Below, piece after piece: positions 10,380-19,099 of a DNA stretch of 34,089 bases (position 1 is its first letter; each line of letters begins with the position of its first letter). This stretch comes from Macrostomum lignano (Eukaryota), in assembly GCA_002269645.1 (NCBI GenBank), contig NIVC01001339.1, positions 1-34,089 on the forward strand. The letters are read 5' to 3'. The position numbers were made by a program, and so were the translations under genes. The notes under the pieces are model-generated. The model ran no database searches, was not told the DNA's origin, and saw only the letters and a program-made list of their open reading frames with translations.

Positions 10380-13300
10380 ATGAGTCAAACAGAGGTAAGA
10401 ACCCAGCTAAGCAAAGCATTCCGCCTGCATGGTCTCAGTCTTCATCCAGAGGCAACACGCACTATCCTAGCTGCTATGGAGCACAGCGGTCAGGCTGCAG
10501 TTAATCCTGCCCAGGTGATTGACAGGTGAGTTTCAGTTTCATAATGCACTGTAGTAGGCCCTTACATTGTCAACAAAGTATTGAATATTAATAATATATT
10601 CCTATTGCTGGTAAAACTAGCCTAGTAGGCCCATATCTAGTGCTACTCGTATTTGCTTACTTAAATAAATGTTTCCAACTTTACATTTGTGATTTTTTTG
10701 GCTGTTGGTTCTGATCTGATTTAAAAAAAGTGCAAAAATTATTTAAAATTGAATCGTCCCAAAGCCTAGAAACCAGCATGAGATTCGCCCTAATCAATAA
10801 AAATCGTCCTAAGCCCTAAGAGTCGCCCTAAGCCCTCTCTAAGAGTCGTCCTAAGCCCTCTCTAAGAGTCGCCCTAAGCCCTAAGAGTCGTCCTAAGCCC
10901 TCTCTAAGAGTCGCCCTAAGCCCTAAGAGTCGTCCTAAGCCCTCTCTAAGAGTCGCCCTAAGCCCTAAGAGTCGTCCTAAGCCCTCTCTAAGAGTCGCCC
11001 TAAGCCCTAAGAGTCGCCCTAAGCCCTCTCTAAGAGTCGCCCTAAGCCCTAAGAGTCGTCCTAAGCCCTCTCTAAGAGTCGCCCTAAGGCCTGTCTAAGA
11101 CAGAGTCGCCCTAAGCCCTGTCTAAGAGTCGCCCTGAATCCACCAATGAAAACGCTCACCCCACAGGCTGGTCGAGGCGGTCCTCCGCCTGCCGCTCAAT
11201 TCCTGTCACGTGCAGCGCTCTGAAATCGAGTCCCTCGTTGCCGAGCAGTTGCTAAGCGGCACAGCTGCCGCGGCAGCCGCCATCGCCGCCGACAGTCCCT
11301 GGCTGCAGGTGTTCGACGCGTTCGACACGGCGGCGCCAAATTTTCGCTACGACCGCGACAGTCGAAAATTGGCGCCGGCGCCGGCGCTGCCGCGCCCGAC
11401 ATCCGGGTCGGAGAGCGGAGCGGAGTCGCGCGTCCAGCTGATGCGCCAACGGTACGAGTTTCTGCTCCAGCGCCTGATGCGGGCGCCTGGCTTTGCCGAC
11501 TGCGATCCGCTGACTGTCGGCGTTGGCGGCGTCACCGGCGGCGTCAGTGGAGTCATCGGAGGGTCCATCGGCAAAAGCAGCGGCGGCGCCTTGAGAACGG
11601 TGGAGTTTGCCAAGGCTAGCGGGCCTGACAAGCAGCTGGTAGTTCTGGGCATGCTGACTCGGTGAGGCCGCGCTGTGTGCTTTTATTTACCGGTTGGGAA
11701 GTACGGGATTTACCTGTCATCCGTCAAATTTCACCGGTTAGAGTTGGTAAAGATTCACCGGTTAGAGTCCGTCAAGTTTCACCGGTTAGTGTTCGTCATG
11801 TTTCACCGGTTAGTGTCGGTCAAGATTCACCTGTTAGAGTCGGTCAAGTTTCACCGGTTAGTGTTCATCATGTTTCACCGGTTAGTGTCCGTCAAGTTTC
11901 ACCGGTTAAAGTCAATGAAACCCAGGACAGAGCAGGGATGAGATTCACAAGTTAGGGACAAATATTGGAATGTTGTTATTCTGGTTGAATGACCAGATAT
12001 CATTTTCTTGGACCAACCCGCAGCTCGGCCGAGCCCAACCGCTGGTTCCTCGAGGACCCCACCGGCGTGATGCTTCTAGACGTTAGTCGGTGCCGTTTTA
12101 ACGACGGAATCTTGGCCGAAGGCTGCCACGTGCTGGCCGAAGGCTGCTACAGACAGTCTGAGGCCTCCTTCCTCATGCTGGAGGCTGGCCTGCCGCCTGC
12201 CGAGCGGCCCACTGACACCCGGGCCGCACTCGGCTCGCTGAACACCTTCGGCGGCCCGGCCACCACCTGCGCACGCCTGGACGCTCGACTGGGCGAACGG
12301 GAGCGATCGAGTCACGCGCACTACCTGGTGTTCGTGTCCGACTTGTGGCTGGACGACTCTGGGGTGCGATTCGTTCCAATCCTTCAGTCCCGATCCTCCA
12401 GTCCCAATCCTTCAGTCCCGATCCTTCAGTCCCGATCCTCCAGTCCCAATCCTTCAGTCCCGATCCTTCAGTCCTGATCCTCCAGTTCCGATCCTCCAGT
12501 CCCGATCCTCCAGTCCCGATCCTCCAGTCCCAATCCTTCAGTCCCGATCCTCCAGTCCCAATCCTCCAGTCCCGATCCTCCAGTCCCGATCCTCCAGTCC
12601 CGATCCTCCAGTCCCGATCCTCCAGTCCCAATCCTTCAGTCTCAATCCTTCAGTCCCGATCCTTCAGTCCCGATCCTCCAGTCCCGATCCTCCAGTCCCA
12701 ATCCTTCAGTCCCAATCCTCCAGTCCCGATCCTCCAGTCCCGATCCTTCAGTCCCGATCCTCCAGTCCCAATCCTTCAGTCCCGATCATCCAGTCCCAAT
12801 CCTGCAGTCCCGATCCTCCAGTCCAGATCCTCCAGTCCAGATCCTCCAGTCCCGATCGTCCAGTCCAGATCCTCCAGTCCAGATCCTCCAGTCCAGATCC
12901 TCCAGTCCCGATCCTCCAGTCCCGATCCTCCAGTCCCGATCCTCCAGTCCCGATCCTCCAGTCCCGATCCCTCAGTCCCGATCCTCCAGTCCCGGTCTTC
13001 CAGTCCCGATCCATCAGTCCCGATACTCCTCGCCCTTCAGGTGATGTCCAAGCTGTCCCTGATGCTCACTGGCTACTCGGACTCGCCGCCAACCGGTCTG
13101 ATTTTGTGCGGCGACTTCCTCAGCCCGGTTGGCCGACACGCGCCCGACCGGGTGGAGCAGCTGCGGACCGGCCTGCGGCGGCTGCAGGCTCTGATTGGTT
13201 AGTGCGCTTGGGGTAATACTAATATCGCTTTATGTGTATGGGCATTTTCGAAAGTGTTTTAGTAGGTTACAGAGTAAGCGGGTAGGCTACAGAGTAAGCA

Positions 13301-14157
13301 GGTAGGCTACTGAGTAAGCGGGTAGGTTACAGAGTAAGCGGGTAGGTTACAGAGTAAGCGGGTAGGCTACAGAGTAAGCGGGTAGGTTACAGAGTAAGCG
13401 GGTAGGCTACAGAGTAAGCGGGTAGGCTACAGATTAAGCGGGTAGGTTACAGATTAAGCGGGTAGGTTACAGATTAAGCGGGTAGGTTACAGATTAAGCG
13501 GGTAGGTTACAGATTAAGCGGGTAGGTTACAGAGCAAGCGGTAGGTTACAGAGCAAACCATTCCCAGTAACCATAGCAACCAGACGGCAACCCAACTTCC
13601 TCTTAGACTCATGCAAGCCGGTGCAGCAGCATAGCACTGTGGTGCTGATCCCGGGCCCCTCCGACTGTCCGCTGTCCCCTCTGCTGCCCTACCCGCCGCT
13701 GTCCGAAGCGGTGGCCGGAGATCTCGGCCAGCAGCAGCAGCAGCGCGGAGGCGGCCGAGTTGTGCTTGGCAGCAACCCGTGCAGACTGCAGTTCTGCACC
13801 CAGGAGATTGTCGTGTACAGACAGCAGCTGTGCGAGAAGCTCTGCCGACAGGCGCTCAGCTGTCCGGCCGAGGATGACGAATTGAGCGGCCATTTCGTCC
13901 GGACGGTGCTGTCCCAGAGCCACCTGTCGCCGCTGCCGCTGCACGTGTCGCCTGTGCTGTGGAATCTGGACCGGACATTGCGGCTGTGCCCCCTGCCCGA
14001 CCTGCTGGTGCTGGCCGACTCCGCCTGCCGGCATTTCCAGCTGCGCCACGCCGACTGCCTGTGCGTCAATCCCGGCTGCTTCAAGGAGTCCGGCTTCAGC
14101 TTTCACGTCTATCTGCCTAGGCGGCGGGAGATCCAGTCCAGCTGCATTGCCGATTGA
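10380..14157 (+). CDS. POLE2: DNA polymerase epsilon subunit 2 (B subunit/Dpb2), 562 aa
   Basis: join(10380-10525, 11167-11661, 12024-12363, 13041-13197, 13607-14157) = 1689 nt, phases 2/2/0/1, all GT-AG. Motifs: LSKAFRLHGLSLHPEA, VVLGMLT, WFLEDPTG, VLAEG, VFVSDLWLD, ILCGDF, LIPGPSD, SNPCRLQFCTQEIVVYR, HFVRTVLSQSHLSPLP, PLPDLLVLAD, CVNPG. Confidence 0.96.
10803..11136. repeat. POLE2 intron 1 minisatellite: alternating 19-bp and 23-bp monomers (42-bp dimer) containing CCCTAA
   Basis: GAGTCGCCCTAAGCCCTAA / GAGTCGTCCTAAGCCCTCTCTAA read directly. Confidence 0.9.
11721..11911. repeat. POLE2 intron 2 minisatellite, 24-bp unit (GTCAAGTTTCACCGGTTAGAGTCC), ~8 copies
   Basis: Tandem copies, nearly all with an ACCGGT palindrome. 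Confidence 0.9.
12374..13025. repeat. POLE2 intron 3 minisatellite, 14-bp unit (CAGTCCCGATCCTC), ~45 copies
   Basis: Fills almost the whole 677-bp intron (12364-13040). Confidence 0.95.
13261..13555. repeat. POLE2 intron 4 minisatellite, 20-bp unit (AGTAAGCGGGTAGGTTACAG), ~14 copies
   Basis: Tandem copies read directly. Confidence 0.95.
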
Positions 14158-14339
14158 GCTGGCCTGCGCTGTCTGTCACTCTGTCTGTCACTCTCCATCA
14201 TTATTGTTACCTCTGCCTTTCATACTCTCAGGCACTCTCCCGTCTCATCTGGCACGCTCGGTTACCCGACCTCTGACACCCCCTCCTGTCACTCTTCTGT
14301 CACACTCTCCCATCTGTCACATTCCTTCGATGCCACTCT

Positions 14340-14885
14340 TCTGTGACAATCCCATCTGTCACACTATCCCTGTCATAGTATCTCATCTGTCACACTATCC
14401 CTGTCATAGTATCCCATCTGTCACACTATCCCTGTCATAGTATCCCATCTGTCACACTATCCCTGTCACACTATCCCATCTGTCACACTATGCCTGTCAC
14501 AGTATCCCATCTGTCACACTATCCATGTCATAGTATCCCATCTGTCACACTATCTCTGTCATAGTATCCCATCTGTCACACTATCTCTGTCATAGTATCC
14601 CATCTGTCACACTATCTCTGTCATAGTATCCCATCTGTCACAGTATCCCATCTGTCACACTATCTGTCACAGTATCCTATCTGTCACACTATCCATGTCA
14701 TAGTATCCCATCTGTCACACTATCTCTGTCATAGTATCCCATCTGTCACAGTATCCCTGTCATAGTATCCCATCTGTCACACTATCCCTGTCACAGTATC
14801 CCATCTGTCACACTATCCCTGTCACAGTATCCCATCTGTCACACTATCCCTGTCACAGTATCCCATCTGTCACACTATCCTATCT
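14340..14885. repeat. ~31-bp minisatellite (CATCTGTCACACTATCCCTGTCATAGTATCC) downstream of POLE2
   Basis: Tandem copies built from two related half-units sharing CTGTCA. Confidence 0.9.
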
Positions 14886-15464
14886 GTCACTCTCTCCTCT
14901 GGCACACTTACCATCTGTTACTCTGTCTGTCAATCTCGTCACTCTCCATGTCACTCCGCCTCTGGCACTGTTTTTAAACTGTCACACTTTTAATCACTTC
15001 TCGTGTACCTATCGCCCTTAATTTTTCCATAATCTAATCTAACCGATTATCTGCTTTATTTGTCACCTGATTCCATTATTGTTTAGCCCCACAGTGTCTG
15101 TCTATATATTTCCAGCTTGATATGCTAACGTATTTATCATGCCACAGAGTTCATCTGGCACGTGGTATCCTATACGCACCTCCAGTGTACTTTAGTGCGT
15201 GACTACCGTATGCAAACATTGCTTTTAATTAGTAATTCTTATTACTACAAACTGCGCATTTCTAGTTAACAAAAGCAATTGTAGAATTCTGTTTTTTTAA
15301 ATTATTTACCCGATTCCACGTTTTTTGGGTACAGCTGTCACAATAAAATTGTTCAGCGATCCGGATTTGCACTGCTTCATCTTTGCACCGCCAGTGTGCG
15401 TCAGACTGTAAGCACTGAGTGCTTTTGCATTTTGGCTTTTGTTTTTTCAGTTGGTCACCCTCCA

Positions 15465-15955
15465 TTGCGGCACTCTTCCTGTCACTCGAATTGGCACTCT
15501 CTGTCCCTGTCACTCTCGAATTGGCACTCTGTCCCTGTCACTCTTCGTTTTCTGTCACTCTCCATTGCGGCACTCTGTCCCTGTCACTCTCGAATTGGCA
15601 CTCTCTGTCTTTGTCCCTCTTTCGTTTTCTGTCACTCTCCATTGAGGCACTCTGTGTCACTCTGTGTCTGTGTCACTCTTCATTTTCTGTCACTCTTGAT
15701 TTGGCACTCTCTGTCACTATTCGTTTTCGGTCATTCTCCATTATGGCACTCTTCCTGTGACTCTCAAATATGGCACTCTCTGTCACTCTCAGTTATGGCA
15801 CTTCTTGTCACTCTCGATTGTGGCACTCTTCCTGTCACTCTCAATTATGGCACTCTTCCGGTCACTCTCAATTATGGCACTCTTCCGGTCACTCTCAATT
15901 ATGGCACTCTTCCGGTCACTCTCAATTATGGCACTCTTCCTGTCACTCTCAATTC
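15465..15955. repeat. Degenerate ~27-bp minisatellite (TGGCACTCTTCCGGTCACTCTCAATTA)
   Basis: Homogeneous 27-bp copies at ~15800-15950; variable-length copies at 15465-15800. Confidence 0.85.
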
Positions 15956-16163
15956 GGATTTCTTCGTCACGCCTCGTTTGGCACTCTATTCGGTAGTGTT
16001 TCACTAATAAATGCATATAATTCATATTCTATATACGCTCGTAATATGTTGCGGCAACGCCCTGACTCTATGGCCGAAACCGGCAGTTCATCCGTTCAAA
16101 CTCCCATATGATTTAGATAAAATCTGATAAAATGAAATCAGGCAGTTTGAAAGTGGCCTTGCT

Positions 16164-17784
16164 ATGGGCGTTGCGGTATTGTTGCTAAGGGCGCTTCTGT
16201 TGCTAGCGGCAGCGGTGGCGGCCTCGGTGCCGGCCGAACCGAACCGGCTGATGCAGATTGTCGTGCTGGTCCGTCACGGAGATCGCAGCGCGATGCGCTC
16301 GCTGCCGATCGACCCTCACTCCGAGCTGCTTGACCGGGTGGGCCCGGCCCAGCTGCTGGAGCAAGGGGTGCGCCAGCTCTTCCGGCTGGGCGTCTGGCTA
16401 CGCCGTCGCTATGACAACCAGTCGCTACTGCCGCATCGGTTTAACACCAGCACCATGGAGGTGCGCAGCACGGACACCGACCGGACACTGATGAGCGCCC
16501 AGGCACTGCTGGCTGGACTATTCCCCGGACAGTGCGCCGGAGACGGCACCTCGATGCCCGTCTGCTATCCTGTGCCGGTGAGCTGGGAGTACCGGCTCTT
16601 TCGGACACTTACTGTTCCGGACACTCACCTGTGAACACTCCTTGTGATTCCACTCCCGGACATTCACATGAATCCTCGGTGATTCCACTCTCGGACTCCC
16701 GGGAACTCATCTAAGAACCATCGGTAATTCCACTCTCGGACTCCCGGGCACTCACCTAAGAACCCTCGGTGATTCCACTCTCGGACTCCCGGACATTCAC
16801 CTAAGAACCCTCGGTGATTCCACTCTCGGACTCCCGGACATTCACCTACTAAGAACCCTCGGTTATTCCACTCTCGGACTCCCGGACACTCACCTAAGAA
16901 CCCTCGGTGATTCCACTCTCGGACTCCCGGACACTCACCTAAGAACCCTCGGTGATTCCACTCTCGGACTCCCGGACACTCACCTAAGAACCCTCGGTTA
17001 TTCCACTCTCGGACTCCCGGACACTCACCTAAGAACCCTCGGTGATTCCACTCTCGGACTCCCGGACATTCACCTAAAAACCCTCGGTGATTCCACTCTC
17101 GGACTCCCGGACATTCACCTAAGAACCCTCGGTGATTCCACTCTCGGACTCCCGGACACTCACCTAAGAACCCTCGGTGATTCCACTCCCTTACACTCAC
17201 GTGGAGCTTGACTGATTTCAGTAGGACACTTAATCAGATTTTTCTAACGCTATATAGCATACACTATAGTATGTGTGAGTTCGTCTACTGACAAAAGTAG
17301 AAAGTAAAGGATGTGACTCAAAATCTTAGCAAGGTAAAAAACCAATATTACTCTAAACCGGCCGCAGGTGCACTCGAAGCCGATGCAGACAGACCAGCTG
17401 CTGAAGATGTCCTCTCCGTGTGCCGCTTATCAGCACCGTTGGCGCCAATTCCGCGCCCGACCCAACGGCCCCTTCAAGTCTGCTGTGCGGGAATTCCGCT
17501 GGCTAGCCGAGCTGGCCAGAAACCGGACAGGCTGGCCGGGGCCGGACGACTGTCCGATCAAGCAGCTGTGGAGAGTGGAGGACTCGGTGAACAGCTGGCA
17601 GCGAATGGGCCTGGCGATGCCCAGCTGGGTCAACGGCACCGTCCGGGAAGGCCTGGCCGAGTTAAAGAGGCGCAAGTTTTTGTGGAAATATGGAGAGCTC
17701 CAGCTGCATTCGGCCAGGATAGGCCTGCTGGTGGCTCGGCTGTTGGGAGGCATGCGGCTGCGGCTGGAAGGCAAGACTGCGAAG
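16164..17784 (+). CDS. Histidine acid phosphatase (lysosomal/prostatic ACP2/ACPP-like), 5' partial: exons 1-2, 277 aa
   Basis: join(16164-16577, 17368-17784), phase 0/0, donors GTGAGC 16578 and GTGAGT 17785. Signal peptide; catalytic VRHGDRS; G..QL..LG.WLRRRY; VRSTDTDRTLMSAQALLAGLFP; PVPVHSKP..DQLL. The exon with the second catalytic (HD) motif is not in the window. Confidence 0.92.
16615..17200. repeat. Phosphatase intron 1 minisatellite, 45-bp unit (CACTCACCTAAGAACCCTCGGTGATTCCACTCTCGGACTCCCGGA), ~12 copies
   Basis: Near-identical tandem copies; 15-aa periodicity of ORF 16664..17200. Confidence 0.95.
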
Positions 17785-17786
17785 GT

Positions 17787-18614
17787 GAGTAGATTTTAGT
17801 GTAGATTGTTCGGTAGATTTTGGTGTAGATTGTTCGGTAGATTTTGGTGTAGATTGTTCGGTAGATTTAGGTGTAGATTGTTCGGTAGATTTTAGCGTAG
17901 ATTGTTCGGTAGATTTTGGTGTAGATTGTTCGGTGGATTTTAGTGTATAATTTTCGGTAGATTTTAGTGTAGATTGTTCGGTGGATTTTAGTGTATAATT
18001 TTCGGTAGATTTTAGTGTATATTGTTCGGTGGATTTTACTGTATATTTTTCGGTAGATTTTGGCGTAGATTGTTCGGTAGATTTTGGTGTAGATTGTTCG
18101 GTAGATTTAGGTGTAGATTGTTCGGTAGATTTTAGTGTAGATTGTTCGGTAAATTTTAGTGTAGATTGTTCGGTAGATTTTAGTGTAGATTGTTCGGTAG
18201 ATTTTAGTGTAGATTGTTCGGTAAATTATAGTGTAGATTGTTCGGTAGATTTTAGTGTAGATCGTTCGGTAAATTTTAGTGTAGATTGTTCGGTAAATTT
18301 TAGTGAAGATTGTTCGGTAGATTTGAGATTGTTCGGTAAATTGTAGATTGTTCGGTAGATTTTAGCGTAGATTGTTCGGTAGATTTTGGTGAAGATAGTT
18401 CGGTAAATTTTAGTGTAGATTGTTCGGTAGACTTGAGATTTTTCGGTAAATTGTAGATTGTTCGGTAGATTTTAGTGTAGATTGTTCGGTAGACTTGAGA
18501 TTGTTCGGTAAATTTTAGATTGTACGGTAGATTTTAGTGTTGATTGTTCGGTAGATTTTGGTGTAGATTGTTCGGTAGTTTTGGTGTAGATTGTTCGGTA
18601 GATTTTAGCGTAGA
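17787..18614. repeat. Phosphatase intron 2 minisatellite, 24-bp unit (GTAGATTGTTCGGTAGATTTTAGT), ~35 copies
   Basis: Starts essentially at the donor site and stops abruptly mid-unit at GTAGA|CTAG. Confidence 0.95.
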
Positions 18615-18646
18615 CTAGCAATCTAGTGCCCCCCTTCGGGGCGGCC
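18615..18646 (-). mobile_element. Helitron-like 3' terminus (GC hairpin + CTAG followed by T)
   Basis: Minus strand GGCCGCCCCGAAGGGGGGCACTAGATTGCTAG|T; interrupts the 24-bp array exactly between A and T of GTAGA|TTGTTCGG. Confidence 0.65.
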
Positions 18647-19099
18647 GATAAGAAAGAGCAAGATTTATTTATTTAAATTCTGGTAGCGATTAGTATGGCG
18701 TCATTGGTAACAATAAGCATGGTGTCTTAAAGTATGAGTACACTTAGAAAACTTTCGTACCATTTATTTATAAAATTGGTAATCCACATTGCAGAATCGG
18801 TTTCTAAGAATCTACCAACAATACCCCAATCAGGTTTGCAATGATCCCCAGTCAGGTTTGCAATGATCCCTCAGTCGGTTTTAAAATGATCCCCTAGTTC
18901 AATCATAGTTTTCTCATCCTGTGCAATAATAGTCGTCTAAGCTAATGCAATAATAGTTTTCTCATCTAATGAAATTACAGTTTTCTCGTCTCGTGCAATG
19001 ATAGTTTTCTCATCTTGTGCCATAACAGTTTTCTTATCTCGTCCACCAGAGAACAAGTAGCTAGTGCAACAATTTCCTTAGCTTTATAGAGGCTCCATT

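Noticed and set aside
11196-11652. Antisense ORFs over POLE2 exon 2 (and similar ones over exon 5, the FReD and phosphatase exons)
   Set aside because: Shadow ORFs expected from GC-rich codon usage on the coding strand.
12173-13202. Long repetitive ORFs through POLE2 intron 3 (PVPILQSRSSSPD; GLEDRDWRIGTGGS)
   Set aside because: Stop-poor 14-bp repeat. POLE2 homology joins directly from ...WLDDSG to VMSKL..., so only 13041-13197 is coding.
16615-17200. 45-bp repeat array as a CRISPR array
   Set aside because: Units are contiguous with no unique spacers, there are no cas genes, and it lies in a eukaryotic intron.
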